From NCBI GenBank assembly GCA_028279185.1, contig JANQSS010000144.1, positions 21,190-85,189 of the forward strand: a DNA stretch of 64,000 nt, in the 5' to 3' direction. Source of the stretch: Saprospiraceae bacterium (GTDB lineage: Bacteria; Bacteroidota; Bacteroidia; Chitinophagales; Saprospiraceae). The first letter of the stretch is position 1, and each line of letters starts with the position of its first letter. Positions 48,697-59,170 of the stretch are shown here, in pieces. Made by a program: the position numbers and the translations under genes. Under the pieces are notes generated by a model. The model saw only the letters and a list, made by a program, of their open reading frames with translations. It was not told the DNA's origin and made no database searches.

Positions 48697-51678
48697 ATGA
48701 AATCGAATCATCCCCCTGTAAAAAAACTTAAGCTATCCTTTGCAATGGGCGGAGGTGTTTCGCTCGGAGCGTTCAGTGGTGCTGCGTTGACCGAAGCACT
48801 TAAATTATTACTTATAGGCGGGTTGGACGACGAGGGAAGACGATATACGCATATCGAACTCGATAGCATGAGCGGTGCAAGCGCGGGGGCCGTCTCACTT
48901 TGTATCATGCTCTCCAGCCTCCTTAATTACAAAAGATATATTACTACCGAAGTAAAAAAACATAACCACAAATTTTTAATAGAAGATATCGACGCCGAAT
49001 TAAGAGAACAGTTTGGCCCTGATTGGAAAGCGGAACATCAACAGTACATAGAACCACTTCGTGCTCTTCAAGTTGCACAAAAGTTACAAGAAGTTTTGTG
49101 GGTTGAAAAAGTGAACATGGACGAGTTAATCCGAATTAAGGATTTTAATCCTGAACAAAAAGATAATTTTTCCCTACTCGATCGGTCCTTACTTATTGAA
49201 TTGGTTAATGATTACATACTTGCTGATATTGAAAACATAAATGATGGTGAAGCGTACATAATCTCAGACAACCGATTTTTATTCGCATGCTCACTGACAA
49301 ATTTAATTCCGTTAGCACTTGGTCACGGTGATAACCAAGATGACTTTACAGAACCGCTTGTCAAAGAACTACAAAAAGCACACGCCTCGTATAATCATAA
49401 AGAGTTGAGATTGTTTGACTTTCAATTAAACAAACATGTAAATGAGGAAAAATCGCGATTAACAAAGGCGGTCACTATAGGTAGAAACGAAACTTTTCAA
49501 TTTCAACTACACGAGGCTGAAACATGGTCTGTCATCGCAGCTACTTGCTTGGCTTGCGCAGCATTCCCGTTTGCTTTTGAACCGGTAGTGCTCAAGCGAT
49601 ACAAATATGAATACAAAATAGCAGAGCTTGATCCGGAGCCGGACGAGTCTAATGAAATCGTCTTTGAGGCGGATTTCGAAACTCACCATTTTAAGGACAA
49701 AATTCCAACGTTTCAATCTTCCTACACGACCAAGTACAATCGTCAAATAGAACAAAGCGTACCCTGGACTACTCGGATAAAACCAGATGAAACCGATTCA
49801 CCGGCCGAAGGAGATGAATTTTTCCATTTTAGCTATATCGATGGTGGTACATTAAACAATGAACCCATACGCGAGGCTTTTCGTATGGCCAATTACCTCG
49901 ACGTTCGCGATTCCACTCCCTCTTTCGCCTATGATCGCATTGTCATATTTGTTGACCCAATCGTACGAACAGAACAGATTAAGCACAACTCACCATCATT
50001 TTATAAATACAATGTTAAACACAAACACAACCGTCTGTATGTGCGAAAAAATGGAGAGTGGAACAGATTGACTTCTTTTACTTCAAAATTAATTGCTACT
50101 CTTCGTGATCAGGGTGCGATTAAGGAAGAGCACAAAATTAGCACATACATGTCTTCGATCAACCTCAATAAAAAATTGGGTGCATTGATCAGATCTAGTC
50201 CGTTTAATGGTGATTTTTCTGAAGATTTTACCGAGACAGTTCTCGAATTTTTAAGATTTCAATCACAGCAAAATAATGATGATCATGTGAGTACGTTTGA
50301 TGTGAATGATCGTCTTTTTATTGAAAATATATTAAAACGCTACTTAGTCGGTCGTGGAAAGATTAATTTGTTTAAAGATATTTTCGTCAGTTTTTATGAA
50401 ATTATTGCGACCATTCGCAATTACCAAGAAGATGGAATATCTATCGCAGATATAACCGTTGAGTTAAATCAAACAATTCCTCCAGCTCTAAAGAGTGAGA
50501 TTAAGAAATTTTTTTATCAAAACATACTGCAGGCAATCCTAGATGCAGATGGAAAGGACCCAAGCGCTATGCGTATGGCCATTACACCGGTACGATACAA
50601 CGTTGAAAAGACCGACGATATTAAACAGCCCAGAACGATCGAACTTCCTGGTGCCGAATTTGAAGCTTTTGGTGGATTTGCAAGTGAGTCTGCACGCGCA
50701 TTCAGCAATGAATACGGTCGATATTGTGCTTATCAAGCACTGTCTCGCGGGGATTTTAGAAAGTACTTTTCACGTATTGTCAACCGAGAAGACCTGCCGT
50801 ACAACGCTCGTCTCATTGACAGAAATACTGCGATGGAAGAACGTTATCGAAGTCGATTAATTAAAAAATCACCGATGACATCTTTGGAGAAGGCAGCCTC
50901 CTACTGGAAAGATGTGCGAAAAAAAATATATCGTTTATTAAAACTTCGAACCAATAAATCTCTCAGACCATTATTGACACTTAATTCGACACTTTCTGCC
51001 ACGGCCATTTTAATCATCATAATTTTTGCCCCGTGGTATGTACAGCGCTTCGTACCGTTTAGCGCTGCATTTATTCAATTTCCTCTGTTTGGAGTTTTTT
51101 TTGGTGGAATCCTTTGGCTGATCGCGCGGAGCCAACGTGCTAGTTTAAAAGAGGCATTTTATTATTACAAGTTGCCTTGTTTAAAACTAGCACTCACCAA
51201 TGACAACAACTCGAAAATTAAAATTTCCCACGCTCGATTTAATGGTAAAGGAAAGTTAATGAAACTGCACCTTGATGGTAATCGACAACTATTGCCCATC
51301 CCCTATTTTATTGGTCAACCAGAATTTTCTACATCAGATGACGAAACAGCCGTCCATTTTACAACATCCTCACGAATTCCAAAAAAGTTTGCACGTGTGT
51401 TTTCCCTACTGGAACAAGACATCCAGCACACTGACTTACTAGAAACGATAACGCTTTACCATAAAGCCTTTCCGTTTCTTCCGGCAAAATTCATGACATC
51501 AATTTCCATATCTGAACTGAAAGCCATTAGAGAACTCGAACAAGTAGAAAAATTTATAAGTCCAATGATTCATGGGAAACTTAAGGACTCCGGAGTGTCT
51601 GAATTAAAAATAAAAGAAGAAATTGTTGCGTTGGAGGATCAAATTCTGGACTTTCATACAAGCAAATTGATAGAATAA
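48697..51678 (+). CDS. patatin-like phospholipase (993 aa) with long C-terminal extension containing two hydrophobic TM-like segments
   Basis: Oxyanion motif 'MGGGVSLGAFSGAA'. Nucleophile 'MSGASAGAV' (GxSxG). Catalytic Asp 'SYIDGGTLNNEP' (DGG). Hydrophobic segments 'LSATAILIIIIFAPWYV' and 'FPLFGVFFGGILWLIA' near residue ~780. Confidence 0.8.
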   Translation: MKSNHPPVKKLKLSFAMGGGVSLGAFSGAALTEALKLLLIGGLDDEGRRYTHIELDSMSGASAGAVSLCIMLSSLLNYKRYITTEVKKHNHKFLIEDIDAELREQFGPDWKAEHQQYIEPLRALQVAQKLQEVLWVEKVNMDELIRIKDFNPEQKDNFSLLDRSLLIELVNDYILADIENINDGEAYIISDNRFLFACSLTNLIPLALGHGDNQDDFTEPLVKELQKAHASYNHKELRLFDFQLNKHVNEEKSRLTKAVTIGRNETFQFQLHEAETWSVIAATCLACAAFPFAFEPVVLKRYKYEYKIAELDPEPDESNEIVFEADFETHHFKDKIPTFQSSYTTKYNRQIEQSVPWTTRIKPDETDSPAEGDEFFHFSYIDGGTLNNEPIREAFRMANYLDVRDSTPSFAYDRIVIFVDPIVRTEQIKHNSPSFYKYNVKHKHNRLYVRKNGEWNRLTSFTSKLIATLRDQGAIKEEHKISTYMSSINLNKKLGALIRSSPFNGDFSEDFTETVLEFLRFQSQQNNDDHVSTFDVNDRLFIENILKRYLVGRGKINLFKDIFVSFYEIIATIRNYQEDGISIADITVELNQTIPPALKSEIKKFFYQNILQAILDADGKDPSAMRMAITPVRYNVEKTDDIKQPRTIELPGAEFEAFGGFASESARAFSNEYGRYCAYQALSRGDFRKYFSRIVNREDLPYNARLIDRNTAMEERYRSRLIKKSPMTSLEKAASYWKDVRKKIYRLLKLRTNKSLRPLLTLNSTLSATAILIIIIFAPWYVQRFVPFSAAFIQFPLFGVFFGGILWLIARSQRASLKEAFYYYKLPCLKLALTNDNNSKIKISHARFNGKGKLMKLHLDGNRQLLPIPYFIGQPEFSTSDDETAVHFTTSSRIPKKFARVFSLLEQDIQHTDLLETITLYHKAFPFLPAKFMTSISISELKAIRELEQVEKFISPMIHGKLKDSGVSELKIKEEIVALEDQILDFHTSKLIE

Positions 51679-51692
51679 ATACAAAACAACCC

Positions 51693-52589
51693 TTACGTGG
51701 TCGATTTGGCTCGAGTACCAATGCTATTAATGAAAAGTAATATTTCTTCAAGTAATTCTTGATCAATTAATCGATGGCCTAATTTGTCCGTGACACGTAA
51801 TTTTGAATCGGGAATTAATTGATGTAACGCATAGGCATACGCTACGGGTGCATCCCGATCTGAAGTATCATGTACAATAAGTGACTCAGCCGATATCTTC
51901 GGTGCAAAATTCTTTATATCATAATATTCTGGCTCACGTCCTGCATACTGCTTAAAATAAGTTCGCATGTTTTCAACTGAGCGACTGGAAAGTCCAACAG
52001 TTTCAATCATAACTTCTATAAAATCCACGGCTCGACCTGGTGAAGCGAGCGAAACAAATTTCCGTGGCATAAAATTCGGATGATTGTGTAAAAAATATTG
52101 AATGCTAAAACTACCAATGGAATGTCCCACCATAACATCAACACTTCCAATTGTTTTGACAGCTTCATGAATCGTCTTTTCAAATAACGGTACATTGCCA
52201 AACTTCGAATCGGCATTTCCGTGCCCCGGAGCATCGATACTGTACACCGTAAATCGAGATGTATCAATCTGATCTATGTATCGTCTCCAGCGATATGTAT
52301 TACTTTGCCAGCCATGAACGAAGAGAATCTTGTGATTTCCTTCTCCCCACGAATAAAGTGGCACCGCACTCCCCTCGACAGAAAGCTGTTGCCGTCGCGC
52401 GGAATTAAGGTACGCTTGCTGCTTAGGAGATAACTTAGCTTTAAAGGGGTAACAGAACACAAAAAAAGCCTGTTTACCTCCAACTTTTGGGAAAATGAAG
52501 TTGATTGTATTTAAGTAAAGTCCGATAAGTTGTGTCAGAAGCTTCTGCATAGGCTTTTCTATTAATAAAGTCCATTCTTGTTTATCCAC
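51693..52589 (-). CDS. alpha/beta-hydrolase fold protein
   Basis: 'VMVGHSIGSFS' nucleophile elbow. Confidence 0.7.
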   Translation of the reverse strand: MDKQEWTLLIEKPMQKLLTQLIGLYLNTINFIFPKVGGKQAFFVFCYPFKAKLSPKQQAYLNSARRQQLSVEGSAVPLYSWGEGNHKILFVHGWQSNTYRWRRYIDQIDTSRFTVYSIDAPGHGNADSKFGNVPLFEKTIHEAVKTIGSVDVMVGHSIGSFSIQYFLHNHPNFMPRKFVSLASPGRAVDFIEVMIETVGLSSRSVENMRTYFKQYAGREPEYYDIKNFAPKISAESLIVHDTSDRDAPVAYAYALHQLIPDSKLRVTDKLGHRLIDQELLEEILLFINSIGTRAKSTT

Positions 52590-52641
52590 CTATAACAATG
52601 AAGTCTTCTTGTTGTTGGGTTTGTAAATGTTAATCGTGTGT

Positions 52642-53103
52642 CTAAATGTCCATGCGCATTTCTAAGGCCAAAGGTTCAAAACCGGCCTTTTTATAGGCAT
52701 CAATGGCGCCGCTGTTTTCCGTGTATACTTTTAGGCGAAATTCCCTAACTCCCTCATTACGACCCCAGTTTACCAATGCATCTATAATTTTTTTATTTAC
52801 GCCTTGTCGACGGTATTCTGGCGCCACATACATGTAAGCCAGATAAGCGTATCGATCATGTTTTAAATATGGGGCAGCTTCTTCTATTCGTGCAAACCCC
52901 GACGCGATTAAATTTCCGTCTTCCAATTGAGCTACGAAAATTTTAATATGTGGCGCCACTAGCATTTCGCTAAAATTATAGTAGACCGCATTTTCCTTTA
53001 ACGTAGGATCGAATGGTTGTTCGGCGATTATGACTCCTTGCTCCATTTTCACTAAATCCACTATGTCATTGTGATTTGCCGGTCGTATTATAACATTTTG
53101 CAT
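52642..53103 (-). CDS. GNAT-family N-acetyltransferase
   Basis: Acetyl-CoA binding motif 'RRQGVNKKIIDALVNWGR'. Confidence 0.75.
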   Translation of the reverse strand: MQNVIIRPANHNDIVDLVKMEQGVIIAEQPFDPTLKENAVYYNFSEMLVAPHIKIFVAQLEDGNLIASGFARIEEAAPYLKHDRYAYLAYMYVAPEYRRQGVNKKIIDALVNWGRNEGVREFRLKVYTENSGAIDAYKKAGFEPLALEMRMDI

Positions 53104-53197
53104 AATTCTTGTTGAGAAATTTATCCGATTAAATCCTTCGTTTCAATTTTTTACTTTGGTGTATAATTACAGTGGTTATCGGCGGAGATTATATATA

Positions 53198-56100
53198 TTA
53201 ATAACCATATTCATCATAGTCCTCCAGCATGTTCATGGCTTTTGCCTTCCAGTTTTTATCGTAAGTGGAATAATCCGAGTACGATTTAATTTTATCCATA
53301 TCGACAATTTCCTCCAACCGTTCCACTTGCGGACCTACTAGCCCTAAATAACTATATTCACTTTCTGAGTAGCTAAAGGTGCATCGATAGACACCAACAC
53401 GACCCATACTGTGTTCAATCGAACCGAGATAGGTAATTTTGTCAGCATAACCCTCATCATCATACAGGTATTCGTTCAAACAAACTTTCATTACTTGATC
53501 CGGACTTCGGTATAATTTTGGTATTTTATTATACTTCTTGAGCTTGATAAAAGTCTTCATCAATGGAAAACGAGACTCTACATTATTAAACAAGCGTTCA
53601 ACCAATTTTTTCTGTACCGGAAGATCATTTTCAATTCGCACTCCTATGGTACGTCCCAACCAATATCCTCCGGTATCGACTTTTATCAATTCAGAGGTCA
53701 TAAAATCAGTGATCTCCTTGCCATGAAATTTACTCATAAGCTCCAAATACTGGTAGCGATTGTTCATATATGGATAGAGATTGGTCGGGTCCGCAACTTC
53801 TTGTTTATAAATATCTAAGTCTTTTTTAACATACTTTGTCAACTCATCGAATTTCCCGTGAACTAGGTCGACATACAACTCATCTTCAGAATCAGTCAAC
53901 GAGATGGCCAAGTTTAAAATACTCGTTCGATAGTTTTCATGACTGAGTAATTCAATCAATTCATCAAAATATTGAGCAGTGAGGTCGACCGAGTCTGAAA
54001 ATGGTTCGAACAATCTCCACATCCTTTGTTGATTTTCTGGAGGATCGTTGAACAGGAATTCCAAATATGAAGCCGTCGACTGATCGCTTTCAATATCCAA
54101 GAAAGCATATAGAATTTTCAATTTTAATTCTTCTGTAGTATTGCGGTCTGTATATAATTTTTCAAGATGGGGAATGGACGAAGAATCTTTCAAAATCCCC
54201 AATTCTTCAACGATCAGAGCTCGACCTCCATCAAAGAGTGTGTCATCATGCCGAATAGTATTCAAAGATTCATGTAATATGGATAAGTCTTCTTTTATAA
54301 ATGTATAGTAATTAAATGCACCCAAAGCTTGTCTTTGAACCAGCGTATCATCCGAATTCAAATCAGACAAAATAAGCCTGGACTTTCGTTCATGCAGATT
54401 ATAGGGTTGATTTTTTTTTGTCAGATTGAATGAATTAAAAAATTCATCTGAGGCATCCGAAAAAATCTCCACGCTGTCCACAAACGCTGACAAAATGTAC
54501 ATTCTATTCCCATCCAACAACAGTCGGTTTCTGGAGCCTATTCGACCACCCCGTTGGCGCTGAATATATTCAATGGCGCGTTTGCCATTCATGTGCACTG
54601 CATTGACGAGTATGATCGTATCGCGCCATGTTTCAGCATTTTCAATAATACGCAAATACAATGAATCTAAATGTTCCGCATACATATAGGATCCATAGGT
54701 TGCCGATTGACACGCATATACATTGCCAGAAAAAGTATCGTGCATGATTACTGCTGATCCATCAATGTACTCATCGTCATCGCCAATGGTCGAATCTACT
54801 TCAATGATGTGGTCGTGATATTTTTGAATTTCGAAATTGTATTCCTCAATGAACAATTTCGATTTATCGGGTACTGCATATGGGGTGAATTGGAAACTCT
54901 CAAAAAACCGCCAATCCCCAATATCACCTTTATTTTTTTCTAATATTTGAACTAAAATTTTGTATACTCTATTTCCGCGTAGTACGACTATTGTTTCAGC
55001 ATACGATTCACTTGCGAGCATCATCTTAAATTTTCGGGCATCGTAGCCGCGGAATCGAATAATTTCAGGTTCTTCCATAATTTCGGCTGTCGTATTCAAT
55101 TGCTCATGTACAGAATTCCAGAACATGTGTCGATCCTCGACGATATATCCCAAGGGAAAATCGTTATAAGAAACTAAATATTGGCGCAAGTTTTCTAAAT
55201 CCAAATAATGTTCGATGTGGACGTAAATGGGTTGGCCATATACATCAAAAGTATTTGGGCTTAAGCGAGATGCCCGGTTGGGCTGTTCTGGCCATTGAGC
55301 TTGATATGCACCAATGGTATCAGCTTTTGTTATCCAATCACCTCTAGTTACTTTAACCGGTTCAAAAAGTTCAATTGAACTACTAAATTTTGAAACATGT
55401 TCATTCCCTAAAAATTCTTCTTTTCCAAACATTAGCGTTCCATAAAATAGGTTTCCACCGTACCATGCTTGCACTATGCTTTTATTTCCATTTGTATCGA
55501 CATAGGTAGCTTTTATCGCATCCAAGCTATCGATCGTCCACTCTGACAATTCCGAAATCGGTCTATTTAAAAGAAACGAAAAGACTCCTTTGAGGAGATG
55601 TATCTTTGACACTTCCTCAAGTTTCATCACGTTGTTAATTGCGGCTAAAGAATAGCTGACCTTCGAAATTTCGTCAGTCATTCCGTATACTCTTGCGAAT
55701 GTCAGATCGGTATATGTCTGTGGATATTTTGGAAACATGGCTGATATGCCCATCACGCTGTCGGTAAAAGAGGTCCAGTTACTATTCTCTGGTTTATAAT
55801 AATAATCGTCTGCAACATCTGTAAATGTTGCCTCTACAACTGATACTCTATACCCTCTGTTCCGTAATATCTGAATGAGGCCTTTTTCTCCCCACAAATG
55901 CGACACTCCCACTGCGGCAAACAACGTAGACTCTTTCGTGATCGATTGGATACTAGCTACCATCTCCTCATTCCGTCTATAAAATTCGTCATTAAACAAC
56001 AGTTCCGATCTGATCGCTGTTTGCATCAACTCCAGATTTCCAATCTCATACATTTCGATTAATTCATTAAAGTATTCTTCATACTCCGCAATACTATATT

Positions 56101-56704
56101 CCAGCTGTTTTTTTAAATAACGTAGATCACTCTCGGAATTACTTTTTTCTATGAGAAATTGAGCTTGAAGTTTGGCATTCTCGAGTCCAGCAATTTGTTT
56201 ATTCAACGTTTTGGCAATCCCAAGTAAATACGGATCAACAGTTGTGAACTTATCATCGCTGCGGTCTAAACTGGGTTCTAAGAACCAGGATACTGTGCGA
56301 ATATCCAAGCGAGATAACTCCTCTAACTTATACCCATTAAATTTATAAAACATTTTTTGCAGCCTGGTATATTCTAAGGAGTCCAACAACCTTTTCACGT
56401 AGTTGGTGGTATCTTTTTCGCCATCCATCGTATTCATCAATATCTGCTCAATTGAATCGCTGTGGCTTTCCAAAGCAAACACCTCACATCTCTCGATGGC
56501 AAGCATGACGGAATCACTGAAATTGAATGCGCGACTATCGTCCACATGCATCGTACCAAATATATAAGAAGGTGCATCTAATCCATTACCTTCAATGCGC
56601 CAAAGCAACTCATACTCCTTGTCATCAACAAGCTGTGCTTCTGTGCAATAGCTCGCCATTAATAGTAAATAGAAAAAGATTCCTCTAACTCGGGTCATTC
56701 TCAT
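53198..56704 (-). CDS. secreted TraB/GumN (TIKI-like) family domain protein fused to an ~850-aa C-terminal extension of unknown function
   Basis: N-terminal 'LLWRIEGNGLDAPSYIFGTMHVDD ... CEVFALESH' matches the TraB/GumN signature. The remaining 850 aa have no recognised motif. Confidence 0.65.
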   Translation of the reverse strand: MRMTRVRGIFFYLLLMASYCTEAQLVDDKEYELLWRIEGNGLDAPSYIFGTMHVDDSRAFNFSDSVMLAIERCEVFALESHSDSIEQILMNTMDGEKDTTNYVKRLLDSLEYTRLQKMFYKFNGYKLEELSRLDIRTVSWFLEPSLDRSDDKFTTVDPYLLGIAKTLNKQIAGLENAKLQAQFLIEKSNSESDLRYLKKQLEYSIAEYEEYFNELIEMYEIGNLELMQTAIRSELLFNDEFYRRNEEMVASIQSITKESTLFAAVGVSHLWGEKGLIQILRNRGYRVSVVEATFTDVADDYYYKPENSNWTSFTDSVMGISAMFPKYPQTYTDLTFARVYGMTDEISKVSYSLAAINNVMKLEEVSKIHLLKGVFSFLLNRPISELSEWTIDSLDAIKATYVDTNGNKSIVQAWYGGNLFYGTLMFGKEEFLGNEHVSKFSSSIELFEPVKVTRGDWITKADTIGAYQAQWPEQPNRASRLSPNTFDVYGQPIYVHIEHYLDLENLRQYLVSYNDFPLGYIVEDRHMFWNSVHEQLNTTAEIMEEPEIIRFRGYDARKFKMMLASESYAETIVVLRGNRVYKILVQILEKNKGDIGDWRFFESFQFTPYAVPDKSKLFIEEYNFEIQKYHDHIIEVDSTIGDDDEYIDGSAVIMHDTFSGNVYACQSATYGSYMYAEHLDSLYLRIIENAETWRDTIILVNAVHMNGKRAIEYIQRQRGGRIGSRNRLLLDGNRMYILSAFVDSVEIFSDASDEFFNSFNLTKKNQPYNLHERKSRLILSDLNSDDTLVQRQALGAFNYYTFIKEDLSILHESLNTIRHDDTLFDGGRALIVEELGILKDSSSIPHLEKLYTDRNTTEELKLKILYAFLDIESDQSTASYLEFLFNDPPENQQRMWRLFEPFSDSVDLTAQYFDELIELLSHENYRTSILNLAISLTDSEDELYVDLVHGKFDELTKYVKKDLDIYKQEVADPTNLYPYMNNRYQYLELMSKFHGKEITDFMTSELIKVDTGGYWLGRTIGVRIENDLPVQKKLVERLFNNVESRFPLMKTFIKLKKYNKIPKLYRSPDQVMKVCLNEYLYDDEGYADKITYLGSIEHSMGRVGVYRCTFSYSESEYSYLGLVGPQVERLEEIVDMDKIKSYSDYSTYDKNWKAKAMNMLEDYDEYGY

Positions 56705-56730
56705 ATCATTGTAAATTTCAGTGCAACAAA

Positions 56731-57993
56731 TTACTTCAATTTTCGTGCCATTGCGACCTTGTCAATCCGCTGCGAAATCAATAAACTCAGGATGACAAAA
56801 GCCGTAAAGGCAAAAAAACCAAATAGCAAGGCCGAATTATTAGTTGTTAAGATATCAAGATTTTTCATCATGGATTCAACCTGATTCATTTGTTCTGTAA
56901 TAATGCCGTCAAATCCGATATAGGCCATGAAGATAGCAATGACTAGTACGTCGGCCATTGACCACTTTCCCGTCTTAAAAACCATAAATTGAATAAATGG
57001 CCGTTTTCGGGTTGGCTCATTAAATATGTAGATGACCGATGATATCAATTTAGAAATTGGAAATAATACGCTAAAACACAGTACGAGCAATCCAACAAAA
57101 ATCAAATCAAGTCTTGCCTTCGTCATCATAAGTGCAACCACTTCCAGAATACTCTTACTTTTATAGAATAAAACCTGGTCGTAAAAGCTCACGGATTCTC
57201 CAAGGAGTTGCAATTTCATATTTGAAATACGCGCGTCGATTTCAATCATCGGCAAATACAGACCGATGATAAGGAATACGAATGATATTACACTTGCAAT
57301 GAGTAAGTCTATCTTTGTCAACCCACTGCTATAAATCAATAGAATGCCAATGATGAAAGCAATGACCAGGAGTCCAATTTTCCATGGACGCACCTGTTTG
57401 TTGATCGATTCAATATCTTTCATTAAAGCTTGACGTACTTCACTCCTTTCACTAAACCCATATTTGGAAAGAATTTCATTGTAACTCGTATAGTCCGTCT
57501 CTGCAAACGTTCTATCAGCATAGTCATCGATCCTATCAAGGATGTAACCGCGCAAAGCCTCACGATTTTTTTCTTCGTCCAAAAAATTTACAATTTGATC
57601 AGCGAACTTTGGAATATCCTTTTTCATGTGATCGAATGTACTCGTAACTTTTGCCACGGCGGACTTAAACAATCCACTTAACGACGATGAATTCTCTTCA
57701 TAGTATCGATCTTCAAAATCTGCTAAAACAACATTTAAAAAGTCGGTAATTTTTTTTCGTAACACTTCTTTGTTCGCTTCACCAACATCAAATTCTTCAA
57801 TTTTTTTGGTGATAATATTAGACAAAAGCCCCTTCCACTCATCTACATTAAAAAGTCCGTATTTGATTTTCGAAAGTTCGACCAGATCTTCTTTCATATG
57901 TCGTTTTTGTTTTTCGTGAGAAATGACGACAACGGCGCAAATAACAGCACATACAAACAACATCGTATATAATAAGGTGCTTTTGTTAAACAT
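56731..57993 (-). CDS. polytopic inner-membrane protein with a ~180-aa cytoplasmic loop
   Basis: Several hydrophobic helices: 'LLYTMLFVCAVICAVVVI', 'IGLLVIAFIIGILLIY', 'LIASVISFVFLIIGLYL', 'VLVIAIFMAYIGF', 'LLFGFFAFTAFVILSLLI'. Confidence 0.6.
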   Translation of the reverse strand: MFNKSTLLYTMLFVCAVICAVVVISHEKQKRHMKEDLVELSKIKYGLFNVDEWKGLLSNIITKKIEEFDVGEANKEVLRKKITDFLNVVLADFEDRYYEENSSSLSGLFKSAVAKVTSTFDHMKKDIPKFADQIVNFLDEEKNREALRGYILDRIDDYADRTFAETDYTSYNEILSKYGFSERSEVRQALMKDIESINKQVRPWKIGLLVIAFIIGILLIYSSGLTKIDLLIASVISFVFLIIGLYLPMIEIDARISNMKLQLLGESVSFYDQVLFYKSKSILEVVALMMTKARLDLIFVGLLVLCFSVLFPISKLISSVIYIFNEPTRKRPFIQFMVFKTGKWSMADVLVIAIFMAYIGFDGIITEQMNQVESMMKNLDILTTNNSALLFGFFAFTAFVILSLLISQRIDKVAMARKLK

Positions 57994-58014
57994 GAATGGT
58001 GGATAACCGTAAGC

Positions 58015-58875
58015 TTAACGACGGTTTTTAGATTTTTTTGATTTTCGTAATGATTTGCTCTTGGGGTTATCAATTCCTTTCTTTTTTACCTTAGGATTAT
58101 ATCTCCCCTTATATTCTTTTTTAAATTTTGTCTTTCCATAGGATTTAGCCGCCGAATCATTCGTTGATTTTTCGAGAACATCGTGCAATGTGTCAACCTC
58201 TTCTTTCGTAAATTCTCGCCATTCGCCAGGTGGAATTTTATCCAGTGCTATGTGCATGATTCGAATCCTCTTTAACTTCTGAACTTCATATCCAAGATGT
58301 GTACACATTCGTCTTATTTGACGATTTAATCCCTGAGTAAGAATAATCTTAAATGTATTAGTTGAAATTTTATCGACTTTGCACTTTTTGGTAATCGTGT
58401 TTAAAATACGTACACCATTTTGCATGTTTTTCAAAAACTTCTCTGAAATTGGTTTATCGACTTTAACGATATACTCTTTTTCGTGGCTATTGCCGGCGCG
58501 AAGCACCTTATTGACAATGTCACCATCATTCGTTAAAAAAATTAGACCCTCCGACGGCTTATCGAGTCGACCAACATGAAAAAGTCGTTCAGGATGGTTG
58601 ATGTATCGAATTATATTGTCTTTTTCCCGATCATCACTTGTACAGACAATTCCTACTGGCTTGTTAAAAGCAATATACAGGGGTGCTGGCTTAAATTTTA
58701 TAGGCCTACCGTCTACACGCACCTCGTCACCGGGATAAACACGGTTGCCCGGACGCGTTGGCATCCGATTGATCGCGACTCTACCTGCCCGGATAAGCTT
58801 ATCCGCTTCCCGGCGCGAACACATACCGCTGTCGCTGATGAATTTATTCAGACTTATTGAGCCATCTGAAGCCAT
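58015..58875 (-). CDS. S4-domain 23S rRNA pseudouridine synthase (RluB/RluF-type) with Lys-rich C-terminal tail
   Basis: S4 'ISLNKFISDSGMCSRREADKLIRAGRV'. Catalytic 'HVGRLDKPSEGLIFLTNDG'. Start taken at the internal Met (MASDGS). Confidence 0.8.
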   Translation of the reverse strand: MASDGSISLNKFISDSGMCSRREADKLIRAGRVAINRMPTRPGNRVYPGDEVRVDGRPIKFKPAPLYIAFNKPVGIVCTSDDREKDNIIRYINHPERLFHVGRLDKPSEGLIFLTNDGDIVNKVLRAGNSHEKEYIVKVDKPISEKFLKNMQNGVRILNTITKKCKVDKISTNTFKIILTQGLNRQIRRMCTHLGYEVQKLKRIRIMHIALDKIPPGEWREFTKEEVDTLHDVLEKSTNDSAAKSYGKTKFKKEYKGRYNPKVKKKGIDNPKSKSLRKSKKSKNRR

Positions 58876-59170
58876 GGATTCTTTATTTAATAAACGTGCG
58901 TAAAGATAGTTGAATAAAATATGGTGATCGATGCAAAAATGACTATGAAATATAAAACTCATTTGACCAACACCCTGGCTGGTCGGTTGACTTTGCAACG
59001 CTTTACCTTTACATCCACATAAGTTTCCTCTATCGATCCATCAACCCGCTAATTAAAGCTTAAGTTCATTTTTAGCTTTCCAGTTAAGCCAATGTTAAAT
59101 GTAATTATATTCAGACGGCATTCAGGAATAAATATCTATTTTCATTTTGATACCGTCATAGAAAAATTTT

